The notes: generated from the sequence alone by a model not told the origin. 64,000 bases of DNA from an uncultured Enterobacterales bacterium (GCA_964512185.1 CAZEJJ010000003.1:36941-100940), one strand, 5' to 3'; counted from the stretch's first letter, positions 33,238-42,114 are shown. Numbers and translations are program-made.

Positions 33238-34920
33238 ATGCGTAACTTCTGGACAAATATGCACATCGCCGGGGCAGCAGTGGTCCTGGCTCTCACCTTT
33301 GGCGGCTGCGACGAGCTGCTCGGCGGCGGCACCGATGGCTTCGGGAGCAACCTCGACGGCGGCGGCGGCGGCGGAGCTGACAAGGGGGCGCCGCCCACCG
33401 GGATCGTGACCACGAAGACCGCGGGGCAGACGGTGGAGGTCGACTTCGCCACCGGCTCGGAGCGCTTCCTGGTGGTGCCGTACTCCGTCTCCTCCACCGC
33501 CGCGGACGCCATCGACTTTGACATCACTGTCACCGGCGGCGGCACCGGGACCACCTCGCACAAGCTGCGCTGGCGCCCGCCCGTGCCGCTGAAGGTGCGC
33601 AACCCGAAGCTCTGGCTCAGGTGGCAGCAGCGACTGGCGGTGGAGCGCTGGACGCGCCAGCAGGCTGTCATCGCCGCCGGCACGCGCCTGGTCCCGCTGC
33701 CGGGGGGCATGAACCAGCCCCTGGCGGGCTGCACCACCTCGGCCAGCTGCGCCAAGGCGGACCAGGTTTGCCACAACAAGACCTGCGTCTCGTCCGTGAC
33801 CGTCAACGTGGCTGAGTTCTCCAGCGTCGGCACCATCAACGCCAAGGTGCGCAAGAAGGGCAAGATGGCCGCGGTGCTGGTGGACGCCAGCGACACCGTC
33901 TCTGCCAGCACCGTCAGCGCGATCCTCGACAAGTTCGAGAAGGTGATCTACCCGCGCGACGTGGGGCTGTTCGGCAACCCCAAGCTCAGCTCCGGTGGCG
34001 CCACCCTCTCCACCGACCGCAACGCCGACGGCCTGGTCTGGATCGTGATCTCCAAGCAGGTCTCGGCCAAGAAGCCCGCGGTGGGGTTCTTCAACGCCGT
34101 GGACTTCTCGGAGACCAAGAAGAACTCCAACAAGGCTGACATCCTCTACGTCGACGCCAAGTCCACGAGCAAGCTCACCGACGTCCATACGATCCTGGCC
34201 CACGAGTTCCAGCACCTGCTCAACTTCGCGGTCAAGAAGTACCGCCCCGAGAAGAACGGCCAGACCGGCTCCCTCGAGGCGCTCTGGCTGGACGAGGGGC
34301 TCTCCCACCTCGCGGAGGGCGCCTGCGGCTTCGGCGGCGAGAACGTCACCCTGCTGAACCAGGAGCTGTTCACCGCCATGGAGGACTACAGCGTCTTCTT
34401 CAAGGACGACGAGAAGGGCAACCGCGCCATGGCGCTGCTCTACCTCTGGTACCTGTTCGAGCAGAAGGGCGGGGTGAAGTACAACTCCGACGGCAGCATC
34501 AGCGACAGCGGCGGGGCGGCGTTCCTCAAGGCCCTGCGCGACCCGGGCAAGCAGGGCACGGCCGCCATCGACGCTGCCTACGGCAACCACAAGTCCGCCT
34601 TCGACGCATGGATCGCCGCGATGGCTCTGGACGGCCGCGGCGTCACCTCCTTCGCCGGCTACAACTACGGCCCCGCCAAGAGCGACCCGGTGCAGGGGGG
34701 CACCATCGGCCTGCGCGTCCGCGGGACGCTCAAGGACAACACCGGCGCCTCGGTGACCCTCAAGGGGCCCCTCGAGGAGGACCTCACCGGCGCCACCAAT
34801 GACTCCGTGGCCAACGCCAGCGCCCGCTTCTACCTGCTCAAGGGCAAGAGCGGCAAGGTGAAGGTGAAGGTCACCACCGCCGAGAAGGACTTCCGCTACG
34901 CGGTGGTCAAGCTCAAGTAA
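33238..34920 (+). CDS. secreted zinc-metalloprotease-like lipoprotein (HExxH; M30/hyicolysin-like)
   Basis: AGGAGAA SD. Lipobox LALTFGGC and a Gly-rich linker. ILAHEFQHLLNF (HExxH) followed by LWLDEGLSHLAEG as a candidate third ligand. Confidence 0.5.
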   Translation: MRNFWTNMHIAGAAVVLALTFGGCDELLGGGTDGFGSNLDGGGGGGADKGAPPTGIVTTKTAGQTVEVDFATGSERFLVVPYSVSSTAADAIDFDITVTGGGTGTTSHKLRWRPPVPLKVRNPKLWLRWQQRLAVERWTRQQAVIAAGTRLVPLPGGMNQPLAGCTTSASCAKADQVCHNKTCVSSVTVNVAEFSSVGTINAKVRKKGKMAAVLVDASDTVSASTVSAILDKFEKVIYPRDVGLFGNPKLSSGGATLSTDRNADGLVWIVISKQVSAKKPAVGFFNAVDFSETKKNSNKADILYVDAKSTSKLTDVHTILAHEFQHLLNFAVKKYRPEKNGQTGSLEALWLDEGLSHLAEGACGFGGENVTLLNQELFTAMEDYSVFFKDDEKGNRAMALLYLWYLFEQKGGVKYNSDGSISDSGGAAFLKALRDPGKQGTAAIDAAYGNHKSAFDAWIAAMALDGRGVTSFAGYNYGPAKSDPVQGGTIGLRVRGTLKDNTGASVTLKGPLEEDLTGATNDSVANASARFYLLKGKSGKVKVKVTTAEKDFRYAVVKLK

Positions 34921-34932
34921 GAGAGAGACCCC

Positions 34933-35553
34933 ATGAAGACACCCGCCCTGTTGGTTACCGCCGCCCTGCTCACGCTGGCCCTCTGCCCCGCGGAGGCCAG
35001 CGCGAAGCCAGGTGCGCCTGCGACCCCTGCGGTCGAGGGTGAGCCGAAGGAGGGGCGGCTGCTGGTGGTGAGAGGGCAGGACGGCGGCGAGCCACAGCTC
35101 ACAGACCGCAAGGGCGATCGCTTCTTGCTCACGGGCGCGGCTCGAGGGGAGCTGCTCAGGCTCGACGGCCACCGGGTGAAGGTCTGGGCAAAGCCGGGCC
35201 CGAAGAAGCTGATGACGCCCACCCTCGAGGTGGGGCGCTACGAGATCATGAACGCCGGCTATGGCCTGCCCAGGGTGGGCCAGCTCCGCCTCGAGGGCGA
35301 CCGGCTGTCCCTGGCGCCTGCCAAGGGCGACCCGCTGAACCTGAAGGCGGGGCGGTCCATGAGCCGCAAGCTGCGCAAGCGCCTCGGGTGCAAAGTGTGG
35401 GTGGTCACCCGCAAGCCGGGCAAGACCGCCGCGCGGGTGCGCAGGTTCGGCTGGCTGTCGTGCCCGCCGGACAAACCGAAGAAGACCAGGCAGGACCCCG
35501 GCGCCGAGGCGCCAGGGACCGGCAAAACCGTGAAGCAAACCAAAGGAGAGTGA
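34933..35553 (+). CDS. secreted hypothetical protein (signal peptide; two small beta-rich halves, basic C-tail)
   Basis: MKTPALLVTAALLTLALCPAEASA signal peptide. 12-bp gap after the protease gene. Confidence 0.5.
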   Translation: MKTPALLVTAALLTLALCPAEASAKPGAPATPAVEGEPKEGRLLVVRGQDGGEPQLTDRKGDRFLLTGAARGELLRLDGHRVKVWAKPGPKKLMTPTLEVGRYEIMNAGYGLPRVGQLRLEGDRLSLAPAKGDPLNLKAGRSMSRKLRKRLGCKVWVVTRKPGKTAARVRRFGWLSCPPDKPKKTRQDPGAEAPGTGKTVKQTKGE

Positions 35554-35555
35554 CC

Positions 35556-36050
35556 ATGAAGAGACGCGCCACGCTGTTGGCCGCGCTGGTAGCGCCGATG
35601 CTGCTGATCTACGGCGTAAGCCAGGCCGAGGAGGAGGACCCGTTCGCTGCCGGTGAGGACGCGCTCGCCGTGGCTGACGACGACGGCAGCGAGTCCCTCC
35701 GGGCCAAGCTGAAGCTGACCAAGATGGCGCCGGATATGATCATGGTCCGGGTGCTGGCGGTCAACGACAAGGCGTACCCCGACTGCGTCATGACGGTGAA
35801 GGTGCTCAAGGAGGCCGACAAGAAGGAGAAGGCGCTCAAGCTCATCGGCCGGGGCAAGAAATACCGGTTCAAGCCGATCCTCAAGACCAGGGGCAAGGGC
35901 AAGAAGGCCCGCGTGGATCTGTCGGACGACATGACCCAGAACAACCTCGGCGCCTGCTACTACCCGAAGAAGACCAAGCTGATCATCAAGGTGGGCGGGG
36001 TGGATCTGAAGGCCAAGGTGTTCACCGCCACGGAGATCTACCTCAAATAA
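35556..36050 (+). CDS. secreted hypothetical protein
   Basis: ATG 35556 lies 5 nt after AAGGAGAG and 2 nt after the upstream stop. Signal peptide MKRRATLLAALVAPMLLIYGVSQA. Lys-rich. Confidence 0.5.
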   Translation: MKRRATLLAALVAPMLLIYGVSQAEEEDPFAAGEDALAVADDDGSESLRAKLKLTKMAPDMIMVRVLAVNDKAYPDCVMTVKVLKEADKKEKALKLIGRGKKYRFKPILKTRGKGKKARVDLSDDMTQNNLGACYYPKKTKLIIKVGGVDLKAKVFTATEIYLK

Positions 36051-36059
36051 AGCAGCGCC

Positions 36060-37772
36060 CTACCGCTCCTCCCACATATCCCTCAGCGTACCGAAGTCAT
36101 CATCCTGCAGCGGCTCGACCACCATGTGCGTGCCTGGCGCGTCGTAGTCGTACACCAGCCCCTCGAGCTCCAGGTAGACATTGCCGGGCAGGGAGAGGAA
36201 CAGCTTCACCGGATCGCCCGCTTCGAGCTTCGGCTCGGGGCGGATCCTGAACACAGCCCGCCAATCGTCCAGGTTCAGGTCCAGGGTGCGCCGCAGCTGC
36301 GCCGGGTCAGCCACCCGCAGCATGATGGAGGGGGGCTTTCCCGGGCCGAGGGCGGCGGGAAGCAGGCGCCGGGTCTCGGCGTCCAGCTTCGGCTTCTTCG
36401 GCTTCTCCGGCTCGGGCTCCGGCTCGGGCTCCGGCTCCTGCTCGGCGGCCGGTCGCTCGCCCGTGGAAGCGTCGAACTCCCATACATCGGGCTCCTTGTC
36501 CTTGATCTTGAAGGAGGGCTCGTCGGCCAGCTCCAGCTCCAGCTGCCCATCCGCTTCCTCGTCCTCCGCCGCGTCCTCGTCGGGCGTGCCGTCGGTCAGA
36601 TCAATGAGGCCGTCATCACCGTCATCGTCGTCGCTTGACAGGTGGACATCGTCGTCGTCGTCGTCCGACAGCTCGACGGCGTCCTCCACGGGGACCGAGC
36701 TGGTCTCCTCGATCCAGGCGCCCACCAGATCGGCCACGCCGTCGGGCAAACCCTCGTCGGGCTCGGCCTTCGCCGCCTCGGCTTCCCGCTTCTTGCTGCC
36801 CTCGGCTGCCAGGATCAGCGCGTCGAGGCCGGTGATCTCTCGCGGTTCGAACGACTCGGCGGCAGGCGGCTCGGATTGCCCGGACTCCTGGCGGGCCCTG
36901 GCCTTGGCCGAGGGCGTCTCCTCGACGGTTTGGTCGGGATCGGGCTCCGCCTCATGCTCGGCGACCGCGTCACCGAACCCCGGGTCCGAATCAGAGTCCT
37001 TGTTGAGCACCGGCACGGCCACCGCCTCCCCGGACAAAGATCGCTGGCTCTTCTCCTCGCGCTCTTTCTCCGCCAGGGCCTCGCCCTCCGCGCCCATCTT
37101 CTGGCGAAGGATGTCCTCGAACCGCCGCCGCTCTCCGGCCTCCTCCTCCTTGCGTTGCTCCTCGGCAGAGACCGCCTCCTCCAGCTCCTCCTCCCGCGCC
37201 TCCTCCAGCTCCTGTCGCTCCTGCTCCTCCTTCAGCTTCTTGATGGCGCGCTTGCGCAGCTGGCTCGCGGCGCCGCCCAGCGGGATGGCGTGCGCGCTCA
37301 CCTTGGGGGTGGCCTCTTCCGCATCCGGTCGCGGACTCCGCTCGGGCTCCGCTGCCTGCGATGCCTTCCTGACATGGCGGGTCAGCTGTGGCGGCAGGTG
37401 GCCTGGATCAAACAGCTTGAGCGCCGGGTTGGCCCGGGCCAGATCACGCCTGAAATTGTCCTGGCGTCCCTCTTCCACCAGCCCGTAGTCCCCCAGGTGC
37501 AGGTGGCCCTTGGGCAGCCGGCAGAAGTCCAGCGGCAGGCGGGTGTCCACCTGCACCATCACGTCCACCAGATCGGCGCCGGTGTCCATGTCCAGCCGGA
37601 TGCGCACCTCGCCGCCCATGGCCAGCTCCTCCTCGCACCAGAGCAGGGATTGGTGGTGGTTCATCCACCACACTTCCCCGGGGATGAGGCCGAAGTGGCC
37701 CACCACCATGCAGGAGAGCACCCGCTTCATCTTGAGCTTCGCAGCGGGGATGTTTTTGGTCGAATCAGCCAC
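36060..37772 (-). CDS. hypothetical protein with a long acidic low-complexity linker; PilZ-like beta-barrel ends (tentative)
   Basis: 570 aa. Start 37772 is GTG, with an alternative ATG at 37730. Contains an approximately 250-aa Glu/Asp/Pro-rich region including (EP)n. The C-terminal AVFRIRPEPKLEAGDPVKLFLSLPGNVYLELEGLVYDY is PilZ-like. Confidence 0.4.
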   Translation of the reverse strand: MADSTKNIPAAKLKMKRVLSCMVVGHFGLIPGEVWWMNHHQSLLWCEEELAMGGEVRIRLDMDTGADLVDVMVQVDTRLPLDFCRLPKGHLHLGDYGLVEEGRQDNFRRDLARANPALKLFDPGHLPPQLTRHVRKASQAAEPERSPRPDAEEATPKVSAHAIPLGGAASQLRKRAIKKLKEEQERQELEEAREEELEEAVSAEEQRKEEEAGERRRFEDILRQKMGAEGEALAEKEREEKSQRSLSGEAVAVPVLNKDSDSDPGFGDAVAEHEAEPDPDQTVEETPSAKARARQESGQSEPPAAESFEPREITGLDALILAAEGSKKREAEAAKAEPDEGLPDGVADLVGAWIEETSSVPVEDAVELSDDDDDDVHLSSDDDDGDDGLIDLTDGTPDEDAAEDEEADGQLELELADEPSFKIKDKEPDVWEFDASTGERPAAEQEPEPEPEPEPEKPKKPKLDAETRRLLPAALGPGKPPSIMLRVADPAQLRRTLDLNLDDWRAVFRIRPEPKLEAGDPVKLFLSLPGNVYLELEGLVYDYDAPGTHMVVEPLQDDDFGTLRDMWEER

Positions 37773-37780
37773 GTCGGCTC

Positions 37781-37786
37781 ATTATA
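37781..37786 (-). promoter_or_regulatory. consensus -10 TATAAT 8 nt upstream of GTG 37772
   Basis: Minus strand reads CTTGTTCTTTATAATGAGCCGACGTG. Confidence 0.3.
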
Positions 37787-37841
37787 AAGAACAAGTCGAC
37801 CCGGATGCGAGAAAAACCGACTTTGGACACTGTGCCCGGCT

Positions 37842-38306
37842 TCAATTGAGGCCGCTCGGCTCCGGCTCCTCCACCGTGACCTTGAGCATGGTCAGCTGCT
37901 TGAGCTTCCACGACTCGATGATGGTGCCGGAGTCGGGGAACTCCAGCAGCCCATCCACCAGCGCCGGAATGAACAGGATCGCCTCGGCGTCGCCGTTGTA
38001 GCCCAGCTGCACCAGCATCTCCTCCTCGAAGCGCTGGCAGCGGTCCTCACAGCAGTAGAAGTCGTTGGCCACCCGGTAGAGGCCCTCGTCCGGCAGCGGC
38101 TCCAGGCTCTCGGCGTACGCCTCGTCAGGCACGGTGGTGCCCGACTCGTGAAAGATGGCGCGGTTGTTGACCCAGTCCTGCGGCAAGTAGACCCCGGGGC
38201 CCGGATCGCCGTGGTTGTGGTAGTAGACCAGCATGCCGGAGTGGATGCCGTCAGCGATGGGGCGCGTGGTGCGGTAGATGCCGCACGGCACTTTCTCCCG
38301 GGCCAT
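37842..38306 (-). CDS. hypothetical cytoplasmic protein (154 aa) translationally coupled to the DsbA-like gene
   Basis: ATG 38304-38306 shares 1 nt with the DsbA-like stop (TGATG). MAREKVPCGIYRTTRPIADGIHSGMLVYYHNHGDPGPGVY.... The ORF-track extension to 38993 overlaps dsbA out of frame. Confidence 0.5.
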   Translation of the reverse strand: MAREKVPCGIYRTTRPIADGIHSGMLVYYHNHGDPGPGVYLPQDWVNNRAIFHESGTTVPDEAYAESLEPLPDEGLYRVANDFYCCEDRCQRFEEEMLVQLGYNGDAEAILFIPALVDGLLEFPDSGTIIESWKLKQLTMLKVTVEEPEPSGLN

Positions 38307-39175
38307 CAGAAGAACCTCTTGGGCTGCTTGTCGCAGAACTGCTTGCCGCCCACACGATCGGCCTCCTCGTCGATGACGTCGAGCAGGGTCTCCGGGTCGA
38401 GGTCCCCGTGGTACTTGCGGCCGTTGAGAAAGAGGGTCGGCGTGGCCTTTACGCCGTTGCGCAGCCCCTCCTTCTTGGCCTCCACCAGCGCCTTGCGCAG
38501 CGACTTGTCCTTGAGGGCCGCGGCGAACGCGCCGGCCTCCATCCCGGTGGCCGCGGCCCAGACGGGCAGCTTGTCCCCGGAGAAGCTGTCGAACTCCTTG
38601 TACAGCTTGAGGGTGTAGGGCCAGAACTGCCCCAGCTTCTGGGCCGCCATGAACGCCATGCCGCCGGCGGCGGAGCCCTTGTGGCCCCTGATGGGGAACG
38701 CCTTGAAGTAGAGCTTCGCCCGCCCCTTGAGCCCGCCCGCGTGGATCTGTCGGTACAGCCTCGGCACCGCCTTGGCGCAGAACGGGCACCGCGCGCAGGC
38801 GTAGACCACCACCGTCACCGGGGCGCCGGCCTCCCCCGCGGGCGCCATGCCCTCGAGGGATATCTTCGCCTTCTTGCCCACCGCGCTCATGCTGCGGGCC
38901 CTGCGGTCCAGGGCGTCCTTGATCGCCTTGGGCGCCTGATTGCGGGCCACGCGGCGGCAGATGTCGTCGCGCAGGCGCTTCGCCAGCTTGCACACCTTCT
39001 TCTGCTTGAGGCAGCTGGTCAGCGCCTCGTCGCAGCAGTCGTAGGGGTAGGTCTTCTTCATCACCCCCCGGGCGATCTTTTTCTGGTCAGCGTTGAGCTT
39101 GCCGCATGGGGTGGCGCTGGCGGTGGCCGCGACAAGCAGGAGTCCGGCCGCGCATAGGATCGGGGCGTATCTCAT
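38306..39175 (-). CDS. DsbA-family thiol:disulfide oxidoreductase (secreted)
   Basis: GGAGGAG SD. Signal peptide MRYAPILCAAGLLLVAATASA. Thioredoxin-fold CxxC in VYACARCPFCAK, plus an extra N-terminal Cys-rich segment. Confidence 0.7.
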   Translation of the reverse strand: MRYAPILCAAGLLLVAATASATPCGKLNADQKKIARGVMKKTYPYDCCDEALTSCLKQKKVCKLAKRLRDDICRRVARNQAPKAIKDALDRRARSMSAVGKKAKISLEGMAPAGEAGAPVTVVVYACARCPFCAKAVPRLYRQIHAGGLKGRAKLYFKAFPIRGHKGSAAGGMAFMAAQKLGQFWPYTLKLYKEFDSFSGDKLPVWAAATGMEAGAFAAALKDKSLRKALVEAKKEGLRNGVKATPTLFLNGRKYHGDLDPETLLDVIDEEADRVGGKQFCDKQPKRFF

Positions 39176-39288
39176 GGTGATCTCCTCCGTCTGGGTAATA
39201 TACCCGAAACGCGGCCCCTGATATTCACCTCGGATCTTCGTTATGATGCGCCCGACCTGATAATCGGCAACCGAACGAGGAGCGACAA

Positions 39289-40359
39289 ATGAGCGATATC
39301 CCGGACGCGAAGAAGGTGGTCATCGTCGGCGCGGTGCGCACCCCCGTGGGCGCCATCGGTGGCGGGCTGGCGCCGCTGCTGGCCCGTGACCTGGCCACCC
39401 TGGCCATCAAGGCCCTGCTGGGCCAGACCGGGGTCGATCCCGCCATGGTGGAGTACACCTGCATGGGCTGGGTGATGCAGGACCCGCGGTCGCCGAACCT
39501 GGCCAAGACCGCGGCGGAGTTCGCCGGCGTGCCGCACACCTCGCCCGGCACCACCTTCCACGAGAACTGTGCATCGGGCGGGGCCTCCATCCACAGCCTG
39601 GCGCGGCGCCTGATGCTTGGAGAGGTCAGCCTCGGCATCGCGGGCGGCGTGGAGTCCATGAGCAACGTCGCGCGCTACCTGTACACCGGGCGCACCAAGG
39701 GGCAACTGTACGGCGACATGACCCTGGTGGACGGCCTCTTCGGCGCGCTGACCGACACCAACGTGGGCAAGCGCGGCGAGCTCATGGGCCTGCTCACCGA
39801 GCGCCTGGTGGAGAAGTACGGGGTGACCCGCGAGGAGCAGGACGACATCGCCTTCCGCAGCCACCAGAACGCGCTCAAGAGCTGGGCCGACGGCATGTTC
39901 GCCGACTACGTCATCCCGGTGGAGGTCCCCCGGCGCAAGAAGGACCCGCTGGTGGTGGACCAGGACGAGGGGCCCAGGGAGATCCCGCTGGAGAAGTTCC
40001 AGGCGGCGCGGCCTTACTTCAAGCCCGACGGCGGCACCATCACCTCGCTCAACGCGTCCTCGCTCAACGACGGCGCCGCGGTGCTGATGCTGACGACGGC
40101 GGCGCGCGCCGCCGAGCTCGGCGGCGCGCCGCGGGCGGCGCGGGCCGGCGTCCCCAACGGGGGCGGGGAGCGCGAGTGCATGGGGGCGGGGGGGGTCCAG
40201 GTTTGCGGGGCTAGGGTGGACAGGGCGGTTATGGGGGCGGTCGGCCACGACGACCACCTGCTCAATGTCAACACCCCGGCCGATCTGCAGCGCGCCCGCG
40301 CCGCAGTCGCAGGCCACCCCGACGGCACATCCCGGCCGGACAAGGAGACCAGGTCATGA
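39289..40359 (+). CDS. thiolase-family protein, C-terminally truncated or aberrant (probable pseudogene)
   Basis: The N-terminal 275 aa are typical thiolase (VVIVGAVRTPVG, acyl-Cys FHENCASGG, SLNASSLNDGAAVLML). After about nt 40117 the sequence degenerates (GGG-rich codons) and stops at 356 aa. The C-terminal GHP and CxGxG catalytic motifs are missing. Confidence 0.6.
   Translation: MSDIPDAKKVVIVGAVRTPVGAIGGGLAPLLARDLATLAIKALLGQTGVDPAMVEYTCMGWVMQDPRSPNLAKTAAEFAGVPHTSPGTTFHENCASGGASIHSLARRLMLGEVSLGIAGGVESMSNVARYLYTGRTKGQLYGDMTLVDGLFGALTDTNVGKRGELMGLLTERLVEKYGVTREEQDDIAFRSHQNALKSWADGMFADYVIPVEVPRRKKDPLVVDQDEGPREIPLEKFQAARPYFKPDGGTITSLNASSLNDGAAVLMLTTAARAAELGGAPRAARAGVPNGGGERECMGAGGVQVCGARVDRAVMGAVGHDDHLLNVNTPADLQRARAAVAGHPDGTSRPDKETRS
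40159..40237 (+). other. cluster of 8 G-tracts (G3-G8) on the coding strand, G-quadruplex-prone
   Basis: G-tracts at 40159-63, 65-68, 82-86, 88-95, 40207-10, 14-16, 23-25 and 33-37. They encode atypical GGG glycine codons in a GGC-preferring genome. Confidence 0.5.
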
Positions 40360-41003
40360 TCTTCCGCAACAAAGCCAGAGATCGCGTACACACGCTGCTA
40401 CGTGAATACACCGAGTTGATCGGCGATACCGTCAAGGAATTCGCCAACATGCTCAATGACTACCTGTCGGCGGACAAGCAGTTCAAAGAGGAGACCCGGC
40501 ACCTGCATGACATGGAGGGCCAGGCCGATCGCGTGCGCCGGACCATCGAACACGAACTCTACGCCGGGGCCATGTTGCCCGCCTATCGGCAGGACTGGAT
40601 CGTGCTGGTCGAGATCCTCGATCGCGTCGCCAACAAAGCCGAGGAGGCGGGCGACATGATCTACCTCATTCGACCAGAAGTGCCGGAAGCCCTGCACGAG
40701 GACTTGCGGCGGGTGGCTGCCTTGACCACCGCCGCCTTCGAGCCCGTGCCCGGCCTCATCGAGAAGCTGCTCCACGACAATTTCGATGTCGCCGATGAGG
40801 TGCGCAACATCGAGATCCAGGAAGGCAAGATCGACAAGCTGCAGTTCCACCTCACGCGCCGGGTCTACAAGGAGCATGACGAGCTGGAAAAGGTCGACAA
40901 ACTGGTCCTCAAGCAGGTGATCGACAAGCTCGCCAGCGTGAGTGATCGCATCGAGAACGTCGGCGACCGCATCGCCATCATCGCCACCAAGCGCCAGTTC
41001 TGA
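40356..41003 (+). CDS. DUF47 / TIGR00153-family PhoU-like phosphate-transport regulator
   Basis: 215 aa. AAGGAGA SD. ATGA overlap with the thiolase stop. Helical PhoU-like repeats. Pairs with the PiT gene, which is the classic arrangement. Confidence 0.75.
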   Translation: MIFRNKARDRVHTLLREYTELIGDTVKEFANMLNDYLSADKQFKEETRHLHDMEGQADRVRRTIEHELYAGAMLPAYRQDWIVLVEILDRVANKAEEAGDMIYLIRPEVPEALHEDLRRVAALTTAAFEPVPGLIEKLLHDNFDVADEVRNIEIQEGKIDKLQFHLTRRVYKEHDELEKVDKLVLKQVIDKLASVSDRIENVGDRIAIIATKRQF

Positions 41004-41079
41004 CGCCGGCTTTGGCCCGGTCGCGCAGCGCGATCAGCGACGCGATCAGCGGCCTACCCACCCTCCAAGCGGGAGTAAA

Positions 41080-42042
41080 ATGGGGTTCGGAATCGTCATC
41101 GGCATCACGCTTGCCGGCCTGTACGTCGGCGCCAACATCGGCGCCAATGACTCGGCCAACTGCATCGGCCCCTCGGTGGGCGCCGGACTGGTTCGCTACC
41201 GCACGGCCATCATCGCGGTCGCCATCTTTGTCGCCCTGGGCGCTCTGCTACAGGGCGACCTGGTGCTCAAGACCGTGGGCAAGGGCATCGTCACCGACCC
41301 GTTGAGCGAGGCGGCGGTGGTGTCGGCGCTCGTCTGCGGCGGCATCTTCGTGTCCATCGCCACGTTCCTGAAGATCCCTGTCTCCACGTCGCAATCCATC
41401 GTGGGAGCGGTCGCGGGAGTCGGCCTCGCAGGTCAACTGAACGTCGACTGGAGCAAGACGTTCACCATCATCCAGTCATGGATCCTCTGCCCCATCCTGG
41501 CGATGGTCATGACCTACGTGCTCTATCGACTGACCCTGGCGGCGCTCAAGCGCATGGGCGGCTCGTCCGCTGCGCGCGAGGCGCTGCGCTGGCTGGTGCT
41601 CGCCTCAGCGGCCTACGCGGCCTATTCGCTGGGCGCCAACAACCTGGGCAACGCCATCGGCCCCATCGCCGCCCTGGATTCCGACGCCTTCAACATGCGC
41701 TGGCTGACCGTTTTGGGCGCCCTGTCCATGGCCGCCGGCGCACTGCTCTTCGGCCGCGGCGTCTGCGAGACGGTGGGGCGGAGCATCATCCCCCTGGACC
41801 TGCCTGGTGCGTTCGCGGTGCAGGTCTCGGCGGGATTCGGCCTGCACCTCTTCTCCATGCTCGGCGTGCCTGTCTCCACCTCCCAGGCGGTCGTTGGAGC
41901 GCTGGCCGGCATCGGCCTGTATCGCGGCATCAAGACCCTGTCGCGGCGCAAGATGGCCGAGGTGGTGGTCGGCTGGGTGGCCACGCCTACGCTGGCTGGA
42001 CTGGTCTCCTTCTGCATCTACTGGATGATCAGGCAGTTCTGA
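41080..42042 (+). CDS. inorganic phosphate transporter, PiT family
   Basis: ATG 41080 after GGGAG. GANIGANDSANCIGPSVGAG signature repeated as LGANNLGNAIGPI. 320 aa, multi-TM. Confidence 0.85.
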   Translation: MGFGIVIGITLAGLYVGANIGANDSANCIGPSVGAGLVRYRTAIIAVAIFVALGALLQGDLVLKTVGKGIVTDPLSEAAVVSALVCGGIFVSIATFLKIPVSTSQSIVGAVAGVGLAGQLNVDWSKTFTIIQSWILCPILAMVMTYVLYRLTLAALKRMGGSSAAREALRWLVLASAAYAAYSLGANNLGNAIGPIAALDSDAFNMRWLTVLGALSMAAGALLFGRGVCETVGRSIIPLDLPGAFAVQVSAGFGLHLFSMLGVPVSTSQAVVGALAGIGLYRGIKTLSRRKMAEVVVGWVATPTLAGLVSFCIYWMIRQF

Positions 42043-42114
42043 CACGACCCGTGGCGGTCGGGAGGGACCGATCAGGATCGGCGGCTTGTTCTTTACACTT
42101 TGCCGTGCGCGACC

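Noticed and set aside
36400-36440. GGCTCGGGCTCC tandem DNA repeat.
   Set aside because: It is simply the coding sequence of an (EP)n low-complexity linker inside the acidic protein gene.
40230-40359. Thiolase tail ...GHDDHLLNVNTPADLQRARAA read as a remnant of a MobA/nucleotidyltransferase C-terminus (NxNTPEDL-like).
   Set aside because: The same stretch also aligns loosely with the thiolase DDxDLxEINEAFA region. With only about 12 residues I cannot distinguish the two, so I report just a degenerate or truncated thiolase.
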